Below, one piece after another: positions 36,890 to 51,432 of a stretch of 64,000 bases of DNA. Origin of the DNA: Pristiophorus japonicus (Eukaryota). The DNA lies in the NCBI RefSeq assembly GCF_044704955.1, contig NC_091985.1, positions 42,036,001 through 42,100,000 of the forward strand, written 5' to 3'. Under the pieces are notes generated by a model that worked only from the letters and a program-made list of their open reading frames with translations, was not told where the DNA came from and did not search any database. Each line of letters begins with the position of its first letter. Within the stretch, counting starts at the first letter, position 1. The position numbers and the translations under genes were made by a program.

Positions 36890-38569
36890 AAAGTGAGAAG
36901 GGGGAACTCGAGTCAGAAGGGGGAACTGAAGGATATCCTTATTAGGCGGAAAATTGTGTTAGGGAAATTGATGGGATTGAAGGCCGATAAATCCCCAGGG
37001 CCTGTTAGTCTGCATCCCAGAGTACTTAAGGAAGTGGCCCTCGAAATAGTGAACGCATTGGTGATCATTTTCCAACAGAATATCGACTCGGGATTAGTTC
37101 CTATGGACTGGAGAGTAGCTAATCGAACACCACTTTTTAAAACAGGGAGGGAGAGAGAAAGCAGGTAATTATAGACCGGTTAGCCTGACATCAGTGGTGG
37201 GGAAAATGTTGGAATCAATTATTAAGGATGAAATAGCAGTGCATTTGGAAAGCAGTGACAGGATCGGTACAAGTCAGCATGGATTTATGAAGGGGAAATC
37301 ATGCTTGACAAATCTTCTGGAATTTTTTGAGGATGTAACCAGTAGAGTGGACAAGGGAGAACCAGTGGATGTGGTGTATTTGGACTTTCAAAAGGCTTTT
37401 GACAAGGTCCCACACAAGAGATTGGTGTGCAAAATCAAAGCACATGGTATTGGGGGTAATATACTGATATGGATAGACAACTGGTTGGCAGACAAGAAGC
37501 AGAGAATCGGGATAAACGGGTCCTTTTCAGAATGGCAGGCAGTGACTAGTGGAGTGCCGCAGGGCTCAGTGCTGGGGCCCCAGATATTTGCAATATACAT
37601 CGATGATTTGGATGAAGGAATTGAGTGTAATATCTCCAAGTTTACAGATGACAGTAAACTGGGTGGCGGTGTGAGCTGTGAGGGGGACGCTAGGAGGCTG
37701 CAGGGTGACTTGGACAGGTTAGATGAGTGGGCAAATGCATGGCAGATGCAGTATAATGTGGATAAATGTGAGGTTATCCACTTTGGGGGCAAAAACGCGA
37801 AGACAGAATATTGTCTGAATGTTGGCAGATTAGGAAAAGGGGAAGTGCAACAAGACCTGGGTGTCATGGTTCATCAGTCATTGAAAGTTGGCATATAGGT
37901 GCAGCAGGCGGTAAAGAAGGCAAATGGTATGTTGACCTTCATAGCTAGGGGATTTGAGTATAGGAGCAGGGAGGTCTTACTGCAGTTGTACAGGGCCGTG
38001 GTGAGGCCTCACCTGGAATACTATGTTCAATTTTGGTCTCCTAATCTGAGGAAGGCCGTTCTTGCTATTGAGGGAGTGCAGTGAAGGTTCACCAGATTGA
38101 TTCCAGGGATGGCAGTACTGACCTATGAGGAGAGACTGGATCAACTAAGCCTTTATACATTGGAGTTTAGAAGGATGAGAGGGGAACTCATAGAAACATA
38201 CAAGATTCTGACGGGACGGGATAGGTTAGATGCGGGTAGATTGGTCCCGATGTTGGGGAAGTCCAGAACCAGGGGACACAGTCTTAGGATAAGGGGTAGG
38301 CCATTTAGGACTGAGATGAGAAGAAACTTTTCACTCAGAGAGTTGTTAACCTGTGGAATTCCCTGCCGCAGAAAGTTGTTGATGCCAGATCATTGGATAT
38401 ATTCAAGAGGGAGTTAGATATGGCCCTTATGGCTAAGGATATCAAGGGGTATGAAGAGAAAGCAGGAAGGGGGTACTGAGGGAATGATCAGCCATGATCT
38501 TATCAAATGGTGGTGCAGTCTCGAAGGGCCGAATGGCCTACTCCTGCACCTATTTTCTATGTTTCTATG
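36890..38569 (+). mobile_element. CR1 LINE, 5'-truncated
   Basis: RT motifs in ORFs 37194-37898 and downstream; (TTTCTATG)n tail. Confidence 0.92.
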
Positions 38570-39129
38570 AAAGAGACCCTGTTTCTGACTAATGGCTACA
38601 GATCTCAAGATGAGTGTCTTACGATGTCTGGGAATTAATGTGAATGCCCCATTTAGCGGAGCTGTCTAATGCTGAAAAATGTTTGATGACCTCACCTGGT
38701 CCACCAAGATCGAAGACTCCAGAATAATCGTCTATAACACTACATACTAATCATACTTGGCCCATAGAGCTGTCTCTGCCTTACGTAGTCTTACAGCATT
38801 TTGATTACTTCCTGTACAAGCCCATTATATGGCAGCAACCCTCCCTTGGAAGTGCTCCTCCTCTCACATCCTTAAATACATTGCTCCCTGACAAATCCTT
38901 GCATGTGTCACAGTTACATGATTCATGTTTATATAATCACATCCACAATGAAGTGCACACTGACACATGGGTATCCCTGTATGTCCTCCTGTCAATTTCA
39001 TTTTACAGCTCTTATACTTTGTTTGTAGAAGAAGACATAACAAGAGGAAGCGAACACCGATGGGAGGAGGAACCTTCAACCTCTACCTCCTTTGAGTAGG
39101 CAGCCCAGTCGATATAATTGAAGAAGCAG

Positions 39130-39286
39130 AGGATGGGGAAGTGGAGGAGGGATGGGGAAGTGGAGGAGGGATGGGGAAGTGGAGGAGGGATGGGGAAGTG
39201 GAGGAGGGATGGAGAATTGGAGGAGGGATGGAAAATTGGAGGAGGGATGGGGAAGTAGGAGGGATGGGGAAGTAGGAGGGATGGGA
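39130..39286 (+). repeat. Purine-rich 19-bp minisatellite (GGGATGGGGAAGTGGAGGA) x ~8
   Basis: Read directly from the sequence; the last units are shortened. Confidence 0.85.
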
Positions 39287-40510
39287 CTCAGGATTTGCAG
39301 TAAATTTCTCTTGCTCTTTTTTCTCATTCTATTTACACTCAGTCACCGGCACCCAGGCATACACTGAAACACAATTTCATTGCAGTCATTCTGTTGGAAG
39401 CTGTTTGTGATGGCTTCGTATCAAGACCCCATTTGTAGCACACATTCCTCCTTTTTGCCCCTTCAACTTATTACCTATTAAGCAAAGTCAGGCCCCATGC
39501 AACTAGAAGAAGCCACATCTTACAGTCCCCTTATAACAGGTATTTCCACTATTACAAATGTTGGTCTGCCATACATACCTTCTTGAATTCAGTGGCGTCA
39601 CTTGTTCCCTTAAGTGGTCTATGCATCTTACATTTATGGGTGTTGTCTCACATTGTCATGTGTTTACTTGTGCAATAGCATGCTCTGGGGGTGTAACACC
39701 CCCTGTGACCAGAAACAGATATTTGACACGTGCATTTCTTCAATCTCTCTGAAAGCGGACTGATCGATCACTTGATTAGATGAGGCATGGTACAAATCAT
39801 CAAGCTGCTTTATATCAATGCTTGACATTGAGGATCACAGTTATGATGGGGTTCACTTATTTCGAGGAATACAACGTTATCTTTGCAAAATAATGAACAT
39901 TGTATGCTTCCCCACATCAGTGGGTCATCTTACTTAAACAGAGTACCTCCTCTGCATTCCTGCCCACAGCCCAGGGCACAACTTCCTCTCCCTGCACTCT
40001 TCGGTCTTTTTCAGTGCCTGCCTTTTCTGCGGCCTCTGTACCTCACAGCTTCTCTATTTCTAAAGCATGACTTCCATCCAGCATATTAATAACCCATTAC
40101 CCAGGCGCCTTTTCTTAAAAACTTGTGGGAACACACTTTGCAAAAAAAAACATGTAAAGTAACACTTACTTTCAAATCTTTTCTGTGGAAAAAAAATGGT
40201 CAACAAAATCCTGAAACGTGACATCCACTTTGAATATTCAGTGCACAAGTGAACAGGAGCAGATTACTGTGGCAGAGGAGCAGCAGGAACCTATCATCCT
40301 CAACTGATGAGGTCAGAGGACTAGGCCTCAAGGGGACTGCTTTTAAAATAAGGGTAATGTCGGCAGTCTTTGGCGACTTTGCCAAGCATCATCCTATAAC
40401 AATGATCACAAACAAGCTGGACCCTTATGGAGTAATTGTGTTTGCGCTTCATGAATCCATAGTTATTGTTTGCAGGAGCACAAAGAATCACAAGGGAATA
40501 ATCAATGACT

Positions 40511-40685
40511 AAAAGCAAAATACTGTAGATGCTGGAAATCTGAAAATTAAAATTAAAACAAGCTGGAAACACTCAGCAGGTCAGTCTAGTCCACAGGAAA
40601 GTTTTCAGACCTGAAACATCGATTGCTGCTTTATCTGTAGATTCTGCCTGACATGCTGAGTATTTGCAGCTGTTTCTATTTTTAT
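40511..40685. repeat. Palindromic interspersed repeat (possibly Penelope-derived)
   Basis: Arms GCTGGAAACACTCAGCAGGTCAG / CTGACATGCTGAGTATTTGCAGC; a partial relative lies at ~44390-44450. Confidence 0.45.
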
Positions 40686-41889
40686 CTACAATCCGTTGGA
40701 CTTTTGAGGAACCTGACTTTAAAAAGACGGAAGTGCTTCCTCATATTGTTGTCCTTGGGAAAATGATTGGGTTCCTATCTCTGACAAACAAAGTATTAGT
40801 CACCTGTTTGGTACATCTGGGCATTGCATATTGACTTCTGTTGTTTCTGTCCACTGTAGCAGCCAGGAATGAGCTTGAGGAGCTGCAGTGACATTGACCA
40901 TCAGTAGTATTGCTGGCTCTACCCTTTGTTTGGCTGCAGGTTACACTGCAGCATACGACACAACTCCGTCGCTGCCTCTCTGCTGAACCAAAACGTAGGT
41001 CCCATCAGCAGGGAGACATCAAACTCAGTGCTTCATAGCAAATATTCTCCACACGAATCACCTTGCCTTCCATTAGCTTTACAAAATGCACAATGCCCAT
41101 GCTACCAGCGGCCGAGGAACATCCATTCAAAATCAGAATTTATAGATTGGACATTTTTAGAAAGGCAATAGATTGAAGACATTAACTCACACCCATCTTA
41201 AACTGGAAAACCAAATAGCACATGTCATCTGTACAATGGATTATTTTAATCCCACACGGCACAAAGAAATCTAGGCGTGAAAGAACCTAAAGCCACATTT
41301 GCACTGTGTGATTTTCTTCTTAAACTCTCCACTCTCAATATCATTCAGATTATTTATTCTATTCTAAAATGTGATACCAATCACAAAGGCAATATGATGC
41401 TGAGAAATAAATTGGACTTCTCTATTTTATATTCAGGAGTAAATGATGAAAAGAAAAATTGAAAGTTGTCACCTGTGTTACAGTCATGGTCACTTCTCTT
41501 TTAAAAAAAAAACGCAGTTAAAAGGCCTGAAGCATCTAAGAGAATGGTGGTCAGCCCGGAAATTGTAAATTTTCACAGGCACAAAATAAATTGCTTTAAG
41601 AACCAAACACAATGATTAATTCATCAGCTCATTCTTCCAAATAATGACACAGCAGATGGAAAGGAAAGATGAATGTCACACATCTCAACAAACTAACTGG
41701 TAGTCCCTACCAGTTATACGCCCAAGCTTATGGCGGGATACAGTTTATACTGGGAAATATTCCACATCCATTTTCAATCAATTATAAAGGTGTCGCCTAC
41801 AGTGTATTAAGCACACCAGCTATTTCGGGCAATAAGCTTTATTAACCTCGTTAAATTGCGATTCCCTTAATCACTTGATCAATTCTTAC

Positions 41890-43505
41890 ACAGGATTACA
41901 TAGGATATACGACACAGAAACAGGCCATTCGGCCTAACCAGTCCATGCCGGCGTATATGTTCCACTCAAGCCTCCTCCTGTCTTTCCTTATCTAACTCGA
42001 TCATAACCCTCTATTCCCTTCTTCCTCATATGCTTATCTAGCCTCCCCTTAAACGCATCTATACTGTTCGCTTCAACCCCTCCCTGTGGTAGTGAGTTCC
42101 ATATTCTTGCCATTCTTTGGGTAAAGAATTTCCTTCTGAATTCCCTATTGGATTTCTTGGTGACTATCCAATATTGATGGTCTCCAGTTATGCTCTTCTT
42201 CACAAGTGAAAACATTCTCTCTGTATCCACTCTATCAAAACCTTTCATAATTTTAAAGACCTCTATTCGGTCACCCCTCAGCCTTCTTTTTTCAAGAGAA
42301 AAGAGACCCAGCCTGTACATCCTTTCCTGGTATCATCCTTGTATATCTTCTCTGCACCCTCTCCAGTGCCTCTATATCCTTTTTTATAACATGGTGACCA
42401 GAACTGTACGCAGTACTCCAAGTGTGGTTCGATACAGGTTTAGCATAACTTCCCTACTTTTCAATTCTATACCTCCAGAAATATACCCTAGTGCTTTTTT
42501 ATGGCCTTGCTAACCTGTGTCGCAACTTTTAGTGCTTTGTGCATTTGTACTCCGAGATCTCTTTGTTCCTCTAACCCCCACCCACCCCCACTTGTTCAAT
42601 TGGTCTGCCATTTCTTTGTTCCCCGTTATGACTTCCCCTGATTCTGACTGCAGGGGACCTACGTTTGTCTTCACCAACCTTTTTCTCTTTACATACCTAT
42701 AGAAACTTTTGCAATCCGCCTTAATGTTCCCTGCAAGCTTCTTCTCGTACTCCATTTTCCCTGCCCTAATCAAACCCTTTGTCCTCCTCTGCTGAGTTCT
42801 AAATTTCTCCCAGTCCCCAGGTTCGCTGCTATTTCTGGCCAATTTGTATGCCACTTCCTTGGCTTTAATACTATCCCTGATTTCCCTAGATAGCCACGCC
42901 CAGTCTAAGATGGCCTCCCCCCTAGTTGGTTCCTCGACATATTGGTCTAGAAAACCAACCCTTATGCACGCCAGGAAATCCTCCCCCACCGTATTGTTTC
43001 CAGTTTGGTTAGCCCAATCTATATGCATATTAAAGTCACCCATGATAACGGCTGCATCTTTATTGCATGCACCCCTAATTTCCTGTTTGATGCCCTCCCC
43101 AACATCACTACTACTGTTTGGAGGTCTGTACACAACTCCACTAGTGTTTTCTGCCCTTTGGTATTCAGAGAGAAGTCAAAAAAATAATTAGGAAGACAAA
43201 GAGGAACTATGAAATTAAATTATTAAGGAGCATAAAACAAATATTTTACAGGCACATCAATAAAACAAGAAAGGTTGGGATGGGAATAGGGCCATTAGGG
43301 GATAGACAGGATAATACTACAGGTAACGATAGAGAGATGGCTGAAATATTAAATCATTATTTTGCTTCGGTATTTACCAGGGCGATAGAACATGTGAACA
43401 CGAATTGAATGATGAGATTAGTAATGAGACAAATGCATTTAAAATATTAAATAAATTAATCAAACTCAAAGAGGGTAAAACCCCTGGTCTGGATGGATTG
43501 CAATT
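41890..43505. mobile_element. Composite of CR1 fragments: minus 3' end 41890-42590, minus EN/linker piece 42590-43165, plus piece 43165-43505
   Basis: Translations LGLFSLEKRRLRGD, YRPPNS...MGDFN and plus-strand KTPGLDG. Confidence 0.8.
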
Positions 43506-43867
43506 AAAAGTCAGGCATACGGCACTAATAAGCACTCACTGCTCACAGCTGCTTTCTTACCTCCCACTGGGGAAGCTAATTTGTGCAGTTTGGAGGTACT
43601 GAGACGCAAGATCAGGGTGGGTGGCTCCATGGCTGCCTGAGATTGGACCTCAGATGAGGAGCAAGATGACCATCAGTTGCTTCAACAGCCTGCTGTGGAG
43701 AGACTTGCAGGTGGTCAGCAGGGGGGTTGAGGTCGCAGGAAGCACTACCCGTGTAATAAGCTTTCCTAACAAGGTACTGAGTGAGAGATAATTGTTTATC
43801 ACAAACTACCCCCAGATCTACTCTACCTTACTTCTAATTAGTTCACTACTACTCTCGGAATTAACGT

Positions 43868-44049
43868 TGGATATATTCAAGAGGGAGTTAGATATGGCCC
43901 TTGCGGCTAAAGGGATCAAGGGGTATAGAGAGAAAACAGGAACGGAGTACTGAAGGAATGATCAGCCATGATCTTATTGAATGGTGGTGCAGGCTCGAAG
44001 GACCGGATGGCCTACTCCTGCACCTATTTTCTATGTTTCTATGTTTCTA
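43868..44049 (+). mobile_element. CR1 3' end
   Basis: CR1 3' UTR and (TTTCTATG)n tail. Confidence 0.88.
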
Positions 44050-44681
44050 GAGTCATGTTCAGCTGAAGGTAGTTTTTAAATCAGCCAAAAAAAAGTAGAA
44101 ATTTTGCTTTAAACAACAAGCTTTAGTACTGAACGATAAACCATCTAGCAACAAGAGCATTTGTCAGATAATTATAACAAGTTGATTGGGCAAGCTCCAT
44201 TTATGTCCCTGTCTGATTTTTCTCTGTGTGCTGTGCCCAGGCAATCCTCTGCACCCAAGCATTGTAAGAGGAAACGCTGCCCCACACTATTTTGCAAAAA
44301 TGTATTGGGTTCAAATCAGGAATATTTAATGTAGCACAGTGCTCAAGAATGATACAACATTTGCAGTAATCAAGTTTATAAACATGATGAGATGTTAACT
44401 TATCTGTTCCCTCCTGCTGAATGTTTCCAGCATTTTCTGTTTTTGTTCCATTTTTGAAGCTGTTTTGCCAGAACATGATCAGACTTTTATACTACATTTT
44501 TTACCGTCTAATTTTCTGGTATTTCCTTATGTGTATCAAATAAACTGTTTCATATTTTTCAGAACCTGTTTTCAATTTTCTGCATGTGGATACAGCAATA
44601 GCTTTGACTTAAAAATACATTCTCCTGTACTATATATAGCATTTTGCTTCTCATAACATGTCCGACTCCTGTTTTAGCTGA

Positions 44682-45476
44682 CATAGAAACATAGAAAATA
44701 GGTTCAGAAGTAGGACATTCGGCCCTTCGAGCCTGCACCACCATTCAATAAGATCATGGCTGATCATTCCTTCAGTCCCTTTTCCTGCTTTCTCTCCATA
44801 CCCCTTGATCCCTTTAGCCGTAAGGGTCATATCTAACTCCCTCTTGAATATATCCAATGAACTGGCATCAACAACTCTCTGCGGCAGGGAATTCTACAGG
44901 TTAACAACTCTCTGAGTGAAGAAGTTTCTCCTCATCTCAGTCCAAAACGGCCTGCCCCTTATCCCCTGGTTCTGGACTTCCCCAACATCGGGAACATTCT
45001 TCCCGCATCTAACCTGTCCAGTCCAGTCAGAATCTTATATGTTTCTATGAGATCCCCTCTCATCCTTCTAAACTCCAGTGAATAAAGGCCCAGTTGATCC
45101 AGTCTCTCCTCATATGTCAGTCCTGCCATCCTGGGAATCAGTCTGGTGAACCTTCGCTGCACTCCCTCAATAGCAAGAACGTCCTTCCTCTGATTAGGAG
45201 ACCAAAACTGAACACAATATTCCAGGTGGAGCCTCACCAAGGCTCTGTACAACTGCAGCAAGACTTCCCTGCTCCTATACTCAAATCCCCTAGCTATGAA
45301 GGCCAACATACCATTTGCCTTCTTCACTGCCTGCTGTACCTGCATGCCAACTTTCATTGACTGATGAACCATGATACCCAGGTCTCGCTGCACCTCCCTT
45401 TTTCCTAATCTGCCGCCATTCAGATAATATTCTGCCTTTGTGTTTTTGCCCCCAAAGTGGATAACCTCACATTTAT
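44682..45476 (-). mobile_element. CR1 3' portion
   Basis: ORF 44959-45393 (LHLEYCVQFWSP); CATAGAAA tail. Confidence 0.9.
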
Positions 45477-45622
45477 ATGAGGTTAAATGAAAGATACATC
45501 ACTGCATTAGCCATAAAGCAAACATGCTTCAGTTGAAGCGGACGATCAAGGAACCAAAAGAACCTGAGCCATTTGGCCAAAGGGTTATTTTGGCCAAAGG
45601 GTGAAAACAGGCACTAATTGCG

Positions 45623-46233
45623 TCATCATCATCATAGGCAGTCCCTCGGAATCGAGAAAGACTTGCTTCCATTGCTGAAGTGAGTTCTTTGGTGGCTGAA
45701 CAGTTCAATACGAGAGCCACAGACTCTGTCACAGGTGGGACAGATAGGCCTTGAGGGAAGGGGTGGGTGGGACTGGTTTGCCGCACGTTCTTTCCGCTGC
45801 CTGCGCTTGATTTCTGCATGCTCTCGGCGTGGAGACTCGAGGTGCTCAGCGCCCTCTCGGATGCACTTCCTCCACCTAGGGCGGTCTTAGGCCAGGGACT
45901 CCCAGGTGTCAGTGGGGATGTTGCACTTTATCAAGGTTTTGAGGGTGTCCTTGTAGCGTTTCCACTGCCCACCTTTGGCTCGTTTGCCGTGAAGGAGCTC
46001 TGAGTAGAGCACTTGCTTTGGGAGTCTCATGTCTGGCATGTGGACTATGTGGAGCTGATCGAGTGTGGTCAGTGCTTCAATGCTGGGGATGTTAGCCTGG
46101 ACGAGGACGCTGATGTTGGTGCGTCTGTCCTCCCAGGGGATTTGTAGGATCTTGCGGCGATATCGTTGGTAATATTTCTCCAGCAACTTGACTTGTCTAC
46201 TTTACATGGTCCATGTCTCTGAGCCATACAGAA
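45623..46233 (-). mobile_element. RTE LINE 3' fragment
   Basis: (CAT)n tail; RLPKQVLYSELLHGKRAKGGQWKRYKDTLK. Confidence 0.88.
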
Positions 46234-49200
46234 AGGCATAAATGCGTACAATGCTATTAAGGCACGCCTTTTCGAAAGTCTGGATTTAGCACACAATTTT
46301 GGCCCTAATTGCATAATTTGAGCTTGCCTAGAGCTGTTAAACCAGAAACCTGCAGGTTTAGCACCAAGTACTGATTCGATGCAATTTTCATATGTGGGCT
46401 CCTCATACCCACTCCCACTGAAAGTGTGAAAAGGTCTGGTTGGCACACATTGCAAGATAGATCAGGGACCGAGGGAGAGGATGCACAGGTTCTGGGGTGT
46501 GGCACTGGTGGCCCTGGTGCAGGATGTCCAGAGGAGGAGGGATGTCCTGTACCCACAGGAGGTGAAGAACACCTCCTCACCTTTGTTGCGTTCATATTCT
46601 ATTTATTTATTACAGCTCACTGGACAGGCATTAGGACCCTGCGGGAGCTATTCACAGTTGCTGTACTCATGCTGGTTCATGCCGGTTTGGGGACACAATT
46701 TTGGGTTATATAAAAGCACAGTTAAGCTAAGTTACATTTCTCCTGGCTCAGTTGGTCAGTTATTTACGCGTACACAACATGATTTGGCGACGAGGATTAA
46801 TCAAATTAACCTTCCTACCACACCTCCCCCCACCACCACCGCTCTCTCACTCCACCTTTCCTCTCCACACCTGGGGACCCTCCAATTCCGTGGCCGAGAT
46901 GGATAAAAAGTTTTTCTACTTACATCACAGTGAGTGGATTAGACGGTGCAATACTTATTCACTGCTTCGGCACCAAAGACTAACGCATCTTTGCCAAATC
47001 GAAGACACGGAGTCCTATGACAAAACGCGAAGCGCCCTAGAGAACTATTTTGGGCCAAAGAAAAGTATCATGATGGAGAGATAGCAATTTCGTTAAAGGG
47101 GGCAAGGGAACGGTGAAGCAATCACACAGTACATCATTACATTAACTGAACTGGCCGCTACGTGTAACTTTGGAGCACTTACAGAGGAAATGATCAGGGA
47201 TCAATTTATTGAGAAAACAACGATCACCGCATTCGGGAATGCTTGCTAATGGAGGATGATAAATTGACATTAGACAAAGCAACTAATTTGGCCATCCAAA
47301 TCGAATCAGTGCTTTCCGATTCAAAAGCCATCAGATCCCCTGCTCCCCCTGTGCTACAAACTGCAGCTACAGTCCATGTGCAAGGCGTTCGTCCAAAGTG
47401 GACCCAGGGCTAGTAATAAGCCACCCACTATGGTTCGCAGGCCCAACTTCCACTGCTTTAACTGTGGGGACAAATCACACTCAGCAAAGAGTCCTAACTG
47501 CCCTGCACGTGGGAATAAATGCTCTGCATGTGGTAAAATGAACCATTTTGCTAGTGTCTGTCGCTCATCGCAGCATATTCGATACGTGGACAACCCCGAT
47601 AGTGATAAACCCAGTATGGTTTACATCATTAGTGACATTTCGCACATCGGTTCGGGCAAATTCAAGTACTGTGAGGTAAACATTGATGGCATGCCCTGCT
47701 GCCTCCTCATTGACCTTGGAGCCAAAGTCTCCATATTAAGCGAGGCTGTGTACAAAACCCACTTCACGCACTGTCAACTGCAGCCCACAACTTCCATTCT
47801 ACGTGTGTACTCCGACTCCAAAATTGAGGTACTTGGGGTCATATCTATCTCGATATACTACAAGGACATAACATTGGAGAACTTTTCCTTTTACGTCGCG
47901 AAGGGACGAAGCCTCATGGGTGTTGACCTTTTTGACAAGCTTGGGTTCAAAGTTTACGACCCAACTGGCACACCTGTGTACACGGTGGACTTTGACAAGC
48001 AGTATCCCTCAATTTTCACAGGGTTTGGAGTGACAACAAAATTCTGCCATCGTCCCTGTGTTGATCCTTCCATCAAACCGATTACACAGCGACTTCGCAG
48101 TCTCCCATTCGTGGTTCGTGACCAAGTATCTGCAAAATTAATGCAACTCGTATCTCAGGGAATCATTGAGAGCATCGACTCCTCACCCTGGATCCCAAAC
48201 TTAGTCATTGCTTGGCGTAAAAATGGGGAGATCCGCCTATGCATCGACCTGAAAGAGATCAACAAGGCCAACATCCCCGACAAGTACCCTCTTCCTACTA
48301 TTGGCGAACTGTCTTCAGAATTCCACGGCTCAACAGTTTTTACGAAACTCGACATGCAATTACTTGCAAATAGCCCCAGTGGAGGACAGAAAACCGCTCA
48401 CGACATTCACGACGCATGATGGTCTGTATCAGTATCGACGCATGCCCTACGGACTATCTTCTGCACCAAGTTACTACTTGTGCTAGCAGGCATAGAGGGA
48501 GTCCTCAATCTGCTTGACGATATCATCATCCATGGACGGACAATGGAAGAACATGACCAGCAACTTCACGCAGTTATGGCAAGACTTGCTACACATAACA
48601 GTACACTTAATGCCGATAAATGTATATTTGCTGCTGGAGAAATAAACTTTCTGGACTACAGTCACAGCACAAGGTATTTACGCAATCCAGCGAATGCAGG
48701 AGGCCACCAACGTCAAAGAACTTTCATCATTCCTTGGCACTTGCAACTTCTATCTGTCCCACACTATGTGCACATTGCCGAACCACTTTGCAAGTTGCTG
48801 CGTAAGGACGTCCCTTGGGAATGGACAGATTCCCAGGCTCAGGCATGCACCATGCTTAAGGAGAAAATCACATAACCTCCTATCTTCATGCACTTTGATC
48901 CGAATGCCACTACGTACGTCACCACGGATGAATCTGGCACCGCCATGGGTGCTGTGCTCTCGCAATGGATTGACGGCCTGGAATTCCCAGTAACCTTCGC
49001 CTCTCGCACACTCTCATCTGCAGATCATAAATACTCTACAGAGGAACATGAAGCACTCGCTTGCATCTATGCATGTGAATGCTGGCACATCTACCTCTAT
49101 GGCAGGAAATTTACCCTCCGTACGGATCACCAAGCGCTAACTACGCTACTCACTACAACTGGATCTGGGCAAAGACCACTACGAATCAGCCTATGGTCAG

Positions 49201-49659
49201 ATTGCCTTCATCAGTATAACTTTGATGTACAGTACATCGCTGGCAGTCACAACCATGTAGCTGACATGCTCAGCCGCTCGACACCTGTTTTGGACTCTGG
49301 TGCTGACTTGTTCACAGATGACGACACATATGCCACGTCGATCTTCACTCAGTCCATCAGAAACCTTGTCTCCTGCGACGAACTCAAAACCGAATCACAG
49401 AGTGATGCTACGCTCCAGCACATGCGCCACTTCCTCCAGATGGAGTGGCCTACGTAAATTCCGGGAGACCTGAAAACATTCCACAGACTTCACGATGAAT
49501 TTGCCGTTTGGAACGGTGGCTGCCTAGCTCGTGGTGATAGAGCAGTAATTCCGAAGTCACTTCAACAGCGCATTCTCACATTGGCACACGATGGACACTC
49601 TGGCATTGTCCACATGAAGCAGAGATGCCGTGATTCAGTATATTGGCCTGGGATTGACA

Positions 49660-49900
49660 CTCTTCACGCTCTTTGCGTTGAGACTTGAAGAACTCAACGC
49701 CCTCCCAGATGCACTTTCTCCACCTCGGGCAGTCTTCGGCCAGGGTCTCCAAGGTGTCAGTGGTGATGTCATACTTTACCAGGGAGGCTTTGAGGGTGTC
49801 CTTGTAACGCTTCCGCTGCCCACCTTTGGCTCGTTTACCATGACAGAGCTCCGCATAAAGCATTTGCTTAGGAGGAGTTCGTCGCATACTGTGAAGCATG
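49660..49900 (-). mobile_element. RTE internal fragment inserted in the Gypsy integrase
   Basis: PKQMLYAELCHGKRAKGGQRKRYKDTLKASL; no tail. Confidence 0.8.
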
Positions 49901-50844
49901 CAGTTTGAGCGAAAAGGCCACAAACATCCGACCAGCGCCAATGAAGCCCATTCCATGGCCACAAAAACCATGGCAACAACTTCAGTTGGCTATCTTCAGT
50001 CCAGTTGAAGCAGCTCTACAGCACCAGCTTGTTGTGGTACATGACCTGCATTTGAAATGGGCAGAAATCGCTACATGTTCCGTGACCTCATCAACGATCG
50101 TCACTATTCTGCAGCGTATGTTCACGAAGTGGACCTCCCAGAGGTCATAATCACTGACAATGGACCACAGTTTGTGTCTGACCAGTTTGCGGATTTCTTC
50201 ATTCGTCATGCTATCGAGCATCGCCTTACTGCTCGGTACAATCCTCAAAGTAACAGAGGTGTTGTGCATTTTATCAAAGAGGGTTTGAAAGCCAACCTCG
50301 CAGCAGGCCAAACATTCGCCGAAGTGGTTCAAACCATTCTCCGCACATACCGTTCGACAAAGCACTCGCTAATGGGGGAGGCACCCGCTGAGCTCATGAT
50401 TGGGCGGAATCTTCGCTGGCTACTGGACATTCTCAAATCCCCAGCCAAACCTAGTGTGAAGATAACCACACTCGCATCCCAGATTTCGGAACACCAGCGA
50501 AAAGCGAAGTGTACACTGACACAAAACGACGCGCTCAATAGCCCCAACTGAAGAAAGGAGAGTGGGTCAGAGTTAAGCGCCCAAACCGCAATCATAAGCT
50601 CGCATCTTCACTTTTGCCTCCAAAACAGATCGGGCGAAAGTTCAGCCCTCACACCTACACGCTCAATGATGGAACTCGATGGAATGCTCATAGATTGATC
50701 CCAACTCACAGGCCAACAGACCAGCAGGATGGAACAGAGGCAGCGTTCTGTTTCCCAATTGAAAAGCTCAATCAAACACCACAAGCTCCACACTGGTCTC
50801 AGCGTATCAGAACACGACTTGGCTATCTCAAGGACTTTGTCTAT

Positions 50845-51432
50845 ACATCATCATAGGCAGTCCCTCGGAATTGAGGAATACTTGCTTCCACTCCCAAAGT
50901 GAGTTCTCTGGTGGCTGAACACTCCAATTAGAGAGCCACAGACCCTGTCACACATGGGACAGACATTCGTCGAGGGAAGGGGTGGGTGGGGCTGGTTTGC
51001 CGCACGCTCCTTCCGCTGTCTGCACTTGACCTCTTCATGCTCTTTGCGTTGAGACTTGAAGAATGCCCAGATGCACTTTCTCCACCTCGGGCAGTCTTTG
51101 GCCAGGGTCTCCTAGGTGTCAGTGGTGATGTCGCACTTTACCAGGGAGGCTTTGAGGGTGTCCTTGTAACGCTTCCGCTGCCCACCTTTGGCTCGCTTAC
51201 CATGACGGAGCTCCACATAAAGCATTTGCTTAGGGAGTCTCGTATCTGGCATGCGAACTATGTGGCTTGCCCAGCGAAGCTGATCGAGTGTGGTCAGTGA
51301 TTCAATACTGGGGATGTTAGCCTGGACAAGGACACTGATGTTGGTGCGCCTATCCTCCCAGGAGGTCCGCAGGATCTTGCGGAGACATCGTTGGTGACAT
51401 ATCTCCAGGGACTTGAGATGCCTTCTATACAT
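50845..51432 (-). mobile_element. RTE 3' fragment inserted just upstream of the Gypsy PPT
   Basis: (CAT)n tail; ORF 51112-51432. Confidence 0.88.

Noticed and set aside
46470-46583. Myb/SANT-like peptide (ALVALVQDVQRRRDVLYP; similar at ~58730-58930) as a host gene
   Set aside because: These are short, disrupted pieces among TIR-element debris, most likely Harbinger remnants.
50008-50022. GCAGCTCTACAG as another Tx1 target site
   Set aside because: It is only a partial match inside Gypsy integrase coding sequence, with no insertion.
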